Below, piece after piece: positions 22,734-33,516 of a stretch of 64,000 nucleotides of DNA. The DNA is from Gammaproteobacteria bacterium. GTDB taxonomy: Bacteria > Pseudomonadota > Gammaproteobacteria > Ga0077554 > Ga007554. The notes below the pieces were generated by a model. The model was not told where the DNA came from and ran no database searches. It was given only the letters and a program-made list of their open reading frames with translations. Within the stretch, counting starts at the first letter, position 1; each line of letters opens with the position of its first letter. The position numbers were made by a program, and so were the translations under genes. The stretch is taken from contig JAMPIW010000009.1 in NCBI GenBank assembly GCA_040183005.1, positions 50,876 to 114,875 of the forward strand, read 5' to 3'.

Positions 22734-23459
22734 GTGAACGACTGGTTAAATATTGCGCAATCCCTGCTATTTCCGCCGATCTGCGTCGTCTGCGGCGCCA
22801 AGGGCAGCCATGGCTTGGATCTCTGCTTGGGCTGCCGGGCGGAGCTGCCCTATCAAAAGCAGGCGTGCCAGCGCTGCGCCTTGCCATTGCACGGCATACA
22901 CAATGATGATGGGTGCAGCGTGGCATTATGCGGAAACTGCCTGAATGATTCCCCCGCCTATGACCGTGTTTTGAGCGTGTTCACGTACGCCAGCCCGGTG
23001 GATTACCTTATCCAGGATCTTAAATTCAATCGAAAACTCCACATCGCTCGCCTGCTGGGGGAGATCATGGCCGATCATCTGGAACAGAACGTGCAAATCC
23101 GGCCCGACCTGATTATCCCGGTGCCCCTGCATCGCGCGCGCTTGCACGAACGTGGCTATAACCAGGCCCTGGAGCTGGCGCGCCCAATCGCACGCAAACT
23201 CAACCTCCCGATTGACTACCTCGGTTGCGAGCGATCGCGTGCCACACCTGCACAATCAGATTTGCCAGCCAAAGAACGCCCATGCAATGTGAAGGGGGTG
23301 TTCAATATAACGGGCAGCTTCAAAGGACGCCATGTCGCCATTATTGACGATGTAATGACCACCGGTAGCACCGTCGAGGAACTTGCCACGGCGTTACGCG
23401 AGGCCGAGGCAAGTGCTATCGATGTGTGGGTATGCGCTCGCGCATCGTTAAACGATTGA
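22734..23459 (+). CDS. ComF/GntX-family phosphoribosyltransferase-domain protein
   Basis: 241 aa with N-terminal Cys-rich zinc ribbon (CVVCG...CLGC...CQRC) and C-terminal PRTase motif (VAIIDDVMTTGST). Confidence 0.75.
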   Translation: MNDWLNIAQSLLFPPICVVCGAKGSHGLDLCLGCRAELPYQKQACQRCALPLHGIHNDDGCSVALCGNCLNDSPAYDRVLSVFTYASPVDYLIQDLKFNRKLHIARLLGEIMADHLEQNVQIRPDLIIPVPLHRARLHERGYNQALELARPIARKLNLPIDYLGCERSRATPAQSDLPAKERPCNVKGVFNITGSFKGRHVAIIDDVMTTGSTVEELATALREAEASAIDVWVCARASLND

Positions 23460-23528
23460 CGCGACAAGATTGGGCGTACGATTGGGTTGTGTTATTCTTG
23501 GAAATTGTTATTAATGATGGAGAAATTT

Positions 23529-24092
23529 ATGACTTTGCGCCAAACCCTCGTTATTGCCCTGTTGGCCACCAGCACTAGTGCCTTGGCGGATGCCGTGGAC
23601 ATCAATCTGAGCGACAAAAGCGCCCAGTTGCGCTATTCGATGCCATTGGGGCGGGACAGCCTGGGGAAATCGGAATTAAATGCCGGCCTTCTCTATTCTG
23701 AGAATGGGAAGGGCATGATTGAGGCGGGCATGCAGGTAATGAATGAAGTAGGCGCCAATCTGCCTGGACTGACGGTCGGTGTGGGCCTCAAAGGCTTGGC
23801 CGCCTCCGTTTCAAAATATGATGCCGGTGCATTGGCGCTGGGTGGACAGGTGCGCTTTTCACCGCCGGTTGCCAAGCGCCTGGGACTTGTTGGCCAATTC
23901 TATTTTGCACCGAAAATTGTAACATTCGGCGATGCCGACCGATTTATCGAAACGGGCCTCCGGCTGGAATATGAAATATTGCCTCAGGCAACAGCTTATG
24001 TGGGTTATCGCAAAATCAGGTTTGGCATTGAAAACGGACCCGGTGCCACGCTCGATGAAGGCGCCCACGTGGGTGTGAAGTTCCTGTTTTAG
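23529..24092 (+). CDS. Outer-membrane beta-barrel protein
   Basis: Signal peptide (LLATSTSALA), alternating beta-strand pattern and C-terminal Phe. GGAG RBS before the ATG at 23529. Confidence 0.6.
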   Translation: MTLRQTLVIALLATSTSALADAVDINLSDKSAQLRYSMPLGRDSLGKSELNAGLLYSENGKGMIEAGMQVMNEVGANLPGLTVGVGLKGLAASVSKYDAGALALGGQVRFSPPVAKRLGLVGQFYFAPKIVTFGDADRFIETGLRLEYEILPQATAYVGYRKIRFGIENGPGATLDEGAHVGVKFLF

Positions 24093-24544
24093 AAAATTTC
24101 ACGGCTTTGCCGCTGGTTTGAGAACCTGCTAATGGAATAGTCGGACGATGACAGTCACCACCTTGATATCTGGTTATGGCGCATCGGCGCGGCGTGCCGA
24201 TGCCGGTGTGCGGCAGATTACCGCGCTGGCATCTGCACTGCCCCCCGCCCTTAACCGGCAAGTCCGGCAGCAAGTTCCTGCCGAGCAGGTGGTGGAAGGT
24301 GATGTCCTTGAGAAGCAGGGGCTATCCGGCGCTTATTCCGCAAGTTTTCACCAAACAGGCCGCTATACTAGGCCGACGAGCGGCGAAAGCATGATCGCAC
24401 GGCGCGCCGTGGCGGAATACTGGTCACTTTCCCTGATGGAGAGTGGCCGGATTACACCGCTTCACAGGATTGATGACTATGCCTGAGAGGCGTCTCACCT
24501 TACCTTTTTATTTCACCTTTTTATTTCCAACGTGTGGGGGAATT

Positions 24545-25282
24545 ATGAAAAAAAGCGGACGGATAGCAGTTGCTTTAATGATGTTGCCGGCAGGTTCGGC
24601 GTTTGCCTTGGGGCCGGTGGATCTTGACGTGCAAGTGGCGGGCTGGAAATCCAGCGTTTCAGGACAAACCCATACCAATTCCGCCCCGGACATCAACCTC
24701 AAGGATGACTTGGGGCTCAAGGATCAAACCATCGCCTTTGCCCGTGCCAGGCTGCATGTGATAGCACTGGGGAATCTCTACGTCGGGTATACGCCGATCA
24801 AATATGATGCGACCACCACACTCTCCAAAGGCGTCACATACGACAACACAACATTTGGTGCCGGCACTTCTTTGCAAACTGACGCGGAATTAAAAACCTA
24901 CGATGTGGGCTGGACGCTTACAGCGCTGGATGCAGGAATCGTCTCAGCCGAAGTTGGTGCAAACCTGAAATACATAGATGGCTCGGTCGCTCTGAAAGGC
25001 TCTTCCCAATCTGCAAGCGCCAGCTTCTCCGTCCCCGTCCCCATGCTCAAGGCCGTAGTGCGCGCCAGCATGCCTTTTGTTAAAGCAGAGGTCGATGGCA
25101 TGGGTATGGTCTATCAGGGCAATCATTTCTATGATGTCGCCGCCCAAGTCAAGCTAAGCCCTGTGCCGTTCTTTTATGTGGCGGGCGGATACCGCTATAT
25201 AGATGTGGAGCTGAAAGACGGCTCCAACAAGGCGACCATCAAAAACGCAGGTCCATTCCTGGCGATCGGGGCGGATTTTTAG
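24545..25282 (+). CDS. Outer-membrane beta-barrel protein, paralog of the upstream gene
   Basis: Signal peptide (MKKSGRIAVALMMLPAGSAFA), beta-barrel pattern and C-terminal Phe. GGGGGA RBS. Confidence 0.6.
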   Translation: MKKSGRIAVALMMLPAGSAFALGPVDLDVQVAGWKSSVSGQTHTNSAPDINLKDDLGLKDQTIAFARARLHVIALGNLYVGYTPIKYDATTTLSKGVTYDNTTFGAGTSLQTDAELKTYDVGWTLTALDAGIVSAEVGANLKYIDGSVALKGSSQSASASFSVPVPMLKAVVRASMPFVKAEVDGMGMVYQGNHFYDVAAQVKLSPVPFFYVAGGYRYIDVELKDGSNKATIKNAGPFLAIGADF

Positions 25283-25341
25283 CCCTACTGCGAACTCCGG
25301 GATGGGCCGCAGGATTGCAGGCGCGTCCCTCCCGGTTTTGC

Positions 25342-25494
25342 TTATTCGAACTGACGAACCACCAGTGGATGAACAAGAAACGCGACGATCAGCGCCAGTA
25401 TGTAATCTTTATAGGCAGTAAAGGCACTGACGCCATCACCGGGGCTGGTGATTACCACTAACCCTACTATGACTGCAAATATGATCTTTAACAT
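25342..25494 (-). CDS. Candidate small membrane protein (50 aa, two predicted TM segments)
   Basis: Below the track's 60-aa cutoff. Translates to MLKIIFAVIVGLVVITSPGDGVSAFTAYKDYILALIVAFLVHPLVVRQFE with a GGAG RBS 8 nt upstream. Confidence 0.3.
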   Translation of the reverse strand: MLKIIFAVIVGLVVITSPGDGVSAFTAYKDYILALIVAFLVHPLVVRQFE

Positions 25495-25677
25495 TTTAGG
25501 CTCCAGGGATAAAGGATAAGTTGTTTCTGTTGAGTCTATAGTGCCAAGAGTTGAAGGCTATTGCTGTGCGGGGCGTATCACTATAGTTGTGAACCATGAC
25601 GCAAAATGACAACAAGTGTCCTTTTTGGGCATAAAAATCCTCTTTTCAAAACACTTATGGCTACTGTTTAACCCGCC

Positions 25678-26697
25678 ATGCCATCCCCTAAGGTTCAACA
25701 CGTCGCCGCCGCCGTTGTAGTTAACAGTGCGGGCGAGGTACTGCTGGCGTTACGCCCACCCGAGGCGCATCAAGGCGGATTGTGGGAGTTTCCCGGTGGC
25801 AAGGTTGAGGCTGGTGAAGACATACGGTGCGCCCTTGCGCGGGAGCTGTATGAGGAACTGGGAATCACCGTCGAGACCGCCCGTCCGCTGATCCGGGTGC
25901 ATCATGATTATGCTGACAAATCCGTGCTGCTCGATGTATGGCGCGTCGATGCCTTTGCCGGGCAACCTCATGGTCGTGAGGGCCAGCAGATCGAGTGGGT
26001 TGCACCGGAGCGTCTCTTGGAGCGCGCCTACCCGGCTGCGAACTGGCCTATCGTAACTGCCGCGCGCCTGCCCCCTCTTTACTTGATAACGCCCGAGCCG
26101 CGTGGCGAGACAGGCGACTTTCTCCGTGCGCTCGAACAATCGCTGCTAGGCGGCCGTTCCAGCGCGTCGTGCGCCCACGGCACTTGCGCATCCCTGCGCG
26201 GCGGGATCCGGCTGGTGCAATTGCGCGCAAAGACCCTGGCGGGTGACGATTACAAACGTCTGGCGGAACAGTCGCTGCACCTGTGCCGACGCTATCAGGC
26301 ACAACTGGTGCTAAACGCCCCTTATAACCTTGCGCTGGAACTGGGTGCCGATGGAGTACATCTGGACAGCGCACGCCTGATGACGCTGGATGAACGTCCG
26401 CTGGCCCGGGATCTGTGGGTTGCCGCCTCCTGCCACAACGCTACAGAACTGGCCCACGCCTACCGCATCGGCGTTGATTTTGCGGTGGTCTCACCCGTGC
26501 TGGAAACCGCCAGCCATCCAGGTGCGCAGACCTTGGGGTGGGCCGGGTTGCGCGCGCTGACCGAGCAGACCACGGTGCCAGTATACGCACTGGGTGGGAT
26601 GACACCGGGCCATCTGCCCCAGGCTTGGGCGCATGGAGCGCAAGGTATTGCGGCAATCGGGGCGTTGTGGGGGAGTGACTGTAACCAGATAATGTAG
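25678..26697 (+). CDS. Nudix (MutT-like) hydrolase fused to a thiamine-phosphate synthase-like (ThiE/TenI) domain
   Basis: N-terminal Nudix box (GGKVEAGEDIRCALARELYEELGI) and a C-terminal TIM-barrel ThiE-like region. Confidence 0.8.
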   Translation: MPSPKVQHVAAAVVVNSAGEVLLALRPPEAHQGGLWEFPGGKVEAGEDIRCALARELYEELGITVETARPLIRVHHDYADKSVLLDVWRVDAFAGQPHGREGQQIEWVAPERLLERAYPAANWPIVTAARLPPLYLITPEPRGETGDFLRALEQSLLGGRSSASCAHGTCASLRGGIRLVQLRAKTLAGDDYKRLAEQSLHLCRRYQAQLVLNAPYNLALELGADGVHLDSARLMTLDERPLARDLWVAASCHNATELAHAYRIGVDFAVVSPVLETASHPGAQTLGWAGLRALTEQTTVPVYALGGMTPGHLPQAWAHGAQGIAAIGALWGSDCNQIM

Positions 26698-26724
26698 AGG
26701 GGGTGAACGTCTACACCGCGTCCC

Positions 26725-26931
26725 TCACTGCTTCTCCGTCTCTGGATCTTCAGGGGGCGTGTGTTCTTCGGTTGGGACGCGGTATGACTCGCTTGCCCAT
26801 TCGCCCAAATCGATGAGTCGGCAGCGTTCGCTGCAAAACGGCCGCCAGCGCTGCTCCGGCGTCCATTCCACGGCTTTGCCGCACGTGGGACAGGTGACAA
26901 CGGTTTTTTTCACCTGCGTCATATGGTGCAA
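26725..26931 (-). CDS. yacG: DNA gyrase inhibitor YacG (zinc-ribbon)
   Basis: 68 aa with CPTCGK...CSERC. Conserved position next to zapD and coaE. Confidence 0.75.
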   Translation of the reverse strand: MHHMTQVKKTVVTCPTCGKAVEWTPEQRWRPFCSERCRLIDLGEWASESYRVPTEEHTPPEDPETEKQ

Positions 26932-27686
26932 CAGGTCAACTCAAAGCTCACGTTGTCCATGGTCTGCACTGGACGCTCGTCTATCCGCTGCTCCATGAAG
27001 CGCACCGTGAAGCGGTGCTTGCCGCCGCTGATCTCGGCGAAATAGGGGCTGTCCGCCGGCACGGTAACACGCACGATGTGACATGGGGGCGTCGGCTCCA
27101 GGGTTTTTTGGAAAAAACCGGCCTCGGCGACTTCCTTCGCCGGTGGGGCGCTATCACGGATCAGCCGCAGGATCAGGCTAATGGATTGCGCGATGGCGCT
27201 GAAGGGTTTGAGCCACAGCTCAAGCTGTTGCCTGCGCACTTCAGGGGGTTGTTGCAGCCAGTAGTGGTAAGCGGGGAGATCGAAATCGCACGTGCCACCA
27301 GGGATGCTGCTGCGCTGCCGGATACTGTTAAGAAATTCGTTCTGCCGCAATTCCTGGCCGACTTGACCCTTGCTGGCGTGCAGATGGTCGATGAGCCCAT
27401 CCATGTCACTGAGCAGCGAGCCTAGCCTTTGGCGGTCGACACTAGGATTTTGCTCCAGTCTTTCCAATACGGTAATTTGCCGCTCGAGCTCCTTCATGAC
27501 CTCGGTCTTGAGATCGGCGCGACTGAAAATGCTCAGTATTTCCAGAATGCTGTTGAGTGTCGCGCGACTGTCCCATACGGAGTTATTCGCCAGATGGACA
27601 TACGCCTGCTGAAACAGGAATTCGAGCCGCAAAAAGGTGCGGATCCGTTCGTTGAGTGGTTGTTCGTAAGTGATTTTTTTCTGCAC
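26919..27686 (-). CDS. zapD: Cell division protein ZapD
   Basis: 255 aa with ZapD/YacF-like N-terminus ([21 protein letters not shown]). Confidence 0.85.
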   Translation of the reverse strand: MQKKITYEQPLNERIRTFLRLEFLFQQAYVHLANNSVWDSRATLNSILEILSIFSRADLKTEVMKELERQITVLERLEQNPSVDRQRLGSLLSDMDGLIDHLHASKGQVGQELRQNEFLNSIRQRSSIPGGTCDFDLPAYHYWLQQPPEVRRQQLELWLKPFSAIAQSISLILRLIRDSAPPAKEVAEAGFFQKTLEPTPPCHIVRVTVPADSPYFAEISGGKHRFTVRFMEQRIDERPVQTMDNVSFELTCCTI

Positions 27687-27857
27687 GGAAGATTACCGAT
27701 TCGCTAGTCATCGCCGGAGCTTAGGCACTATACCTGATAATTTGAATAAATAAACAGAGAGTGTAAAACATTAAGAATGATAGCGTAAAAAAATTATGAG
27801 GAAGTCGCTGCAAGGCGACATTCGGCAGCCGGAACCGGGCCTTTAACCGCGCGATTT

Positions 27858-28457
27858 TCAGGAATGTTTTAGATAGCACTGGTGTAGCTCCAGGACGTGC
27901 TGGTGCAGTTCTTCAAGCCCATCATCATTGACGATGATGTCGTCCGCAGCCGCCAGGCGCTGCTCTCTACTGACTTGGGCATGGATAATCGCGGCGATTT
28001 CTGCGTCCGGTAGGCCATTGCGCACTCTCACGCGCTGGTATTGCAGATCTTCGGGGGTGTCCACCACCAGAATGCGGTCCACCAGTTCGGTTTGCCCGGT
28101 TTCCAGCAGCAGGGGAATGGAGAGAATGCAGTAAGGAGTGGCGCTGGCTTCAATGTAGGCGATGCGCCGACGCATCTCGGCACGGATCAGGGGGTGCAGG
28201 ATAGCCTCAAGCTGCTTGCGGCGCGCAGCGTCATTGAACACGATGGCGCGCAGCCGTGCCCGGTCGAGTTGTCCGTCGCCATGCAGGATATCCGACCCAA
28301 AGGCGCTGACGATGTCCTGCAGCGCCGGTTGCCCGGGGATTGTCAGCTCGTGGGCGATCTTGTCGGCATCAATGACCGGCACACCCAATGCGGCGAAGCT
28401 GTCCGCCACGGTGGTTTTGCCGCTACCGATACCGCCGGTTAAGCCGATTTTGAGCAT
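27858..28457 (-). CDS. coaE: Dephospho-CoA kinase
   Basis: 199 aa beginning MLKIGLTGGIGSGKTTV. Confidence 0.9.
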   Translation of the reverse strand: MLKIGLTGGIGSGKTTVADSFAALGVPVIDADKIAHELTIPGQPALQDIVSAFGSDILHGDGQLDRARLRAIVFNDAARRKQLEAILHPLIRAEMRRRIAYIEASATPYCILSIPLLLETGQTELVDRILVVDTPEDLQYQRVRVRNGLPDAEIAAIIHAQVSREQRLAAADDIIVNDDGLEELHQHVLELHQCYLKHS

Positions 28458-28492
28458 AAGGGTCAGGAGTCATGTACAAATTTAACGATAGC

Positions 28493-29380
28493 TTATCCTA
28501 ATCCTGCCATGCCCAGGTAGGCCTGCATTATTTGCTCACCCCACATCAATGTGACCCATCCCGCCGCCGCGAGGTAAGGGCCGAAGGGGATGGGGGAATT
28601 CTTGTCGCGGCCGCGCAGCAGCACCAGGGAGATGCCTACCACCGCCCCCACCAGGGAAGACAGCAGAATCACTACCGGCAGCGCCTGCCAGCCCAGCCAC
28701 GCGCCGAACATGGCGAGGAGCTTGAAGTCGCCATACCCCATGCCTTCACGCCCAGTCAGCAGTTTAAAAGCCATATACACCGACCACAGGCTAAGGTAAC
28801 CGGCCATCGCGCCGATGATGCTGGCATAGCTGCTGGCAAACACGTTGAACAGGCTGAGGGCGAGTCCGCCCCACAGGAAGGGTAAAGTAATCGAGTCAGG
28901 CAGCAGGTGATGATCAAAGTCAATAACGCTCAGTGCAACCAGCGCCCATGTCAGCAATAGTGCCGCGCCCGCCGCCCATCCGAAACCGAACCGCCATGCC
29001 ACGGCGACGGAAAGCACGGCGGTGAAGGCCTCAATTATCGGGTAACGCGCGGAAATGCGCGCGCCGCATGACGAACACTTGCCCCGGAGCAGCAGATAGC
29101 TCACCACGGGTATGTTTTCCAGCGAGGTAATGGCGTGGCCGCAGTGCGGGCAGCGCGAGCGCGGTGCAGCCAGGTCGAAACGTTCCTGGGGTGGCGTACC
29201 CCTCGCTCCGCTCTCTCCAGCGCCGAGGAATTCCGCACACTCGGCACGCCACTGGCGCTCCATCATGATCGGTAGGCGGTGTATCACGACATTCAGAAAG
29301 CTGCCGATGAGCAGGCCTAAAATGCAGGCTATAACAATAAAGGCGGTGGGGCTGGCTTGCAGATAATCAATAATATTCAT
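28493..29380 (-). CDS. pilD: Prepilin peptidase / N-methyltransferase PilD
   Basis: A24-family sequence. Start trimmed to MNIIDYLQASP, giving about 295 aa; the longer track ORF would overlap pilC. Confidence 0.85.
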   Translation of the reverse strand: MNIIDYLQASPTAFIVIACILGLLIGSFLNVVIHRLPIMMERQWRAECAEFLGAGESGARGTPPQERFDLAAPRSRCPHCGHAITSLENIPVVSYLLLRGKCSSCGARISARYPIIEAFTAVLSVAVAWRFGFGWAAGAALLLTWALVALSVIDFDHHLLPDSITLPFLWGGLALSLFNVFASSYASIIGAMAGYLSLWSVYMAFKLLTGREGMGYGDFKLLAMFGAWLGWQALPVVILLSSLVGAVVGISLVLLRGRDKNSPIPFGPYLAAAGWVTLMWGEQIMQAYLGMAGLG

Positions 29381-29432
29381 AACCATCCAGGGTAAACAGT
29401 GTGCCGTCAGCAGGCAAAAAATATCACGACTC

Positions 29433-30665
<1,233 letters not shown>

Positions 30666-30670
30666 GATCT

Positions 30671-32395
30671 TTATACCGTAATTACCCGATTGATTTCCGC
30701 AAGGCTGGTCATGCCCTGCTTGATTTTTTTCAGCCCCGATGCGCGCAAGTCCGGGATGCCCTCCTTCTTCGCCTGATCGGCAATCTGCATGGAGTTACCA
30801 CCCGCCATGATGATTCGGCCCATAGCCTCGGAAATCGGCATGACCTGATAGATACCAACCCGCCCCTTATATCCCTCATTACACTGATCGCAGCCAACCG
30901 TGCCGTAGATCGTAAAACCCTCATCCAGATCCGCCTCCGTGAAACCCTCCATGAGCAAGGCCTCACGGGGGAGATCCACAGGTTTTTTGCAATGGCTGCA
31001 CAAACGCCGCGCCAGACGCTGAGCGATGATCAGCGACACTGCGGAGGCGATGTTGAACGGCGCTACTCCCATGTTGAGCAAACGGCTCAGGGTCTGCGGC
31101 GCATCGTTGGTATGCAGGGTAGACAGCACCATGTGGCCGGTCTGCGCTGCCTTGATGGCAATCTCGGCCGTCTCCAGGTCGCGAATTTCACCCACCATGA
31201 TGACATCGGGATCCTGACGCAAAAACGCCTTCAAGGCGGCGGCGAACGTCAGCCCCACCCTGGGGTTGACGTTCACCTGGTTGACGCCCGGCAGATTAAT
31301 TTCCGCAGGGTCTTCGGCGGTGGAAATGTTTCGGTCCATCGTGTTAAGTATGTTTAGCCCGGTATACAGCGACACGGTTTTACCACTACCGGTCGGGCCG
31401 GTCACCAGGATCATCCCGTAGGGCATGTGCAGCGCGTTCATATACAGCGCCTTTTGCTCCGGCTCATAGCCCAGCGCGTCGATGCCCAGCTTGGCGCTGG
31501 AGGGGTCGAGAATACGCAGCACGATCTTCTCGCCGAACAGCGTGGGGCAGGTGTTGACGCGGAAGTCGATGGCGCGGGTCTTGGAGAGCACCATCCTCAT
31601 GCGTCCGTCCTGCGGCACACGGCGTTCCGAGATATCCAGGCGCGACATCACCTTGAGGCGCGCGGACATTTTATTGGCCAGTGCAACCGGCGGGTTGGCG
31701 GCCTCGTGCAGCATGCCGTCCTGGCGGTAGCGGATGCGATAAACCTTTTCATAGGGTTCGAAGTGGATATCCGACGCCCCCTTATTGATCGCATCGAGCA
31801 GAATCTTGTTGATGAAGCGCACCACCGGCGCATCATCGACGTCCGGCCCGGTGCCCGCGTCCTTGCTCGCGTTATCGTCCTCGCTGGTAATGTCCAGATT
31901 ATCGAGATCGGCATCACCGATATCCGTAATGGCAGAGTCCTTCGCCTCCAACACCTTTTCGATTGCCTTGGCGAGCTTGTCTTCCTCGACCAGTACCGTC
32001 TCGGTATTGACGCTGGCATGGAACTTGATTTCATCCAGCCCCGCCAGATTGGTGGGGTCGGACACCGCAACGAACAGGCGATTGCCGCGCTTGAACAGAG
32101 GCAGCGCGTTATGCGCGCGGATCAGCTTTTCGCTCACCAGGCTGCTCGCCGCCATCTCCATATCCATGACGTTGATATCGAACAGCGGCACGCCGAACTC
32201 CACGGAGCCCGCCTGGGCGATAGCGTAGCTGTCCGCCAATTTGCTTTGCACCAGATGGCTGACGAACGCTATTTTGTTTTTCGTCGCATACTCCTGGGCC
32301 TTGAATACCTGGTCTTCGTTCAACAGGCCGTCGAGCACCAGGCGGCGCGCTAGGCCGCTAAGGCCGATATTGATACTGGATGCAGCCACACTCAT
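30671..32395 (-). CDS. pilB: Type IV pilus assembly ATPase PilB
   Basis: 574 aa GspE-family ATPase with Walker A GPTGSGKT and a tetracysteine motif. Confidence 0.95.
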   Translation of the reverse strand: MSVAASSINIGLSGLARRLVLDGLLNEDQVFKAQEYATKNKIAFVSHLVQSKLADSYAIAQAGSVEFGVPLFDINVMDMEMAASSLVSEKLIRAHNALPLFKRGNRLFVAVSDPTNLAGLDEIKFHASVNTETVLVEEDKLAKAIEKVLEAKDSAITDIGDADLDNLDITSEDDNASKDAGTGPDVDDAPVVRFINKILLDAINKGASDIHFEPYEKVYRIRYRQDGMLHEAANPPVALANKMSARLKVMSRLDISERRVPQDGRMRMVLSKTRAIDFRVNTCPTLFGEKIVLRILDPSSAKLGIDALGYEPEQKALYMNALHMPYGMILVTGPTGSGKTVSLYTGLNILNTMDRNISTAEDPAEINLPGVNQVNVNPRVGLTFAAALKAFLRQDPDVIMVGEIRDLETAEIAIKAAQTGHMVLSTLHTNDAPQTLSRLLNMGVAPFNIASAVSLIIAQRLARRLCSHCKKPVDLPREALLMEGFTEADLDEGFTIYGTVGCDQCNEGYKGRVGIYQVMPISEAMGRIIMAGGNSMQIADQAKKEGIPDLRASGLKKIKQGMTSLAEINRVITV

Positions 32396-32545
32396 ATGCT
32401 TTTAACGTCCTTCAATGGATTGCATATCCTGTATCGGCGGATGGGGGGATTTTTTTAGTGGCTGGCGAAAGGATTTGCTTTGGCGGGGGAGGTAATCAAT
32501 GGATCGCCGGGGTGCTGGGAGATTGGGCTTGCTTGTGGGGTGCCC

Positions 32546-32578
32546 ATAAAAAAGCAGGGTGGGCAATGCCCACCCTGC
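32546..32578 (-). terminator. Rho-independent terminator downstream of pilA
   Basis: On the minus strand, GCAGGGTGGGCA-TTG-CCCACCCTGC is followed by TTTTTT. Confidence 0.6.
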
Positions 32579-32606
32579 AGAGGTTACAGTTAAGCGAGGC
32601 CAGCTA

Positions 32607-33041
32607 TTAGCAGATCGCAGGAGAGGTAGTGCAGCTGCCAGTCGCAGTCCATGTAACACCATTTACAGAACTAAAAGCTGGGGTTAGAATATAAGTTTCA
32701 CCACTTAGGCCATTAGCGCTACGAGCTGTTGCTGTAATTACCCCAGCCGCTGAGGTAGCAACAGTAGCAACAAATTTAGTGGGATTCGTCGCCGCAAGAT
32801 CCGCTGGAACGCCATTTGTATTGCCAGCGCAAGCCGCTATCGGGGAAACCCCCTGATCCTGGGCGCATAACTCAACAGCTGTTTTGACTGCTTGGGTCGC
32901 CTGAACCACTTCAGTGAATTTCGCTTTTTTCGTATATTGCTGATATGCCGGAATCGCAATCGCCGCCAGGATGCCGATAATCGCTACAACGATCATCAAC
33001 TCGATCAGTGTAAAACCTTGTTGTGCCTTCTTCATGTTCAT
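32607..33041 (-). CDS. pilA: Type IV major pilin PilA
   Basis: Class III signal with [22 protein letters not shown] and a C-terminal disulfide pair. Confidence 0.85.
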   Translation of the reverse strand: MNMKKAQQGFTLIELMIVVAIIGILAAIAIPAYQQYTKKAKFTEVVQATQAVKTAVELCAQDQGVSPIAACAGNTNGVPADLAATNPTKFVATVATSAAGVITATARSANGLSGETYILTPAFSSVNGVTWTATGSCTTSPAIC

Positions 33042-33516
33042 GGTGTTTATCCTCGTTTGTTTGGGGTAAAAGTCTGTGGCGCCTGTCCTGATTTAATCAC
33101 TAGTCCTTTTGTGTGCTGCGCTTCCAGTGTCTGAGCGGTTCAAGCCAGACGCCTTGCCATGAATAAAGCAGGAGGCGTGCCAACTTTCGGCGGAAAGTGC
33201 GTACACAATCGAAATCAGTGTGCGGGCCATGCAAAAGTGTGATGTGCGTCACAAAAAAGCCGATGTTGGCGGGGTCAATCCGTAAAGCGGCGGACCCAGC
33301 AACATGCGGCTTGTGGGTCCTCTATGCTTGACCCAGCCTACATCATGCCGTTTTGGGTCAGAAAGTGACGAATAATGCCAATACAGTAAATATGGTTATT
33401 ATAATGTTTTGGTGGTTTCGTGCAATGCCTATTTTGAGTCAAGGAAGTTTGCCGCCCCGTTACTCCAAAATCATGCAGGGTGCGCGTCCCATGCACCCTG
33501 CACATTGCACTTTATC

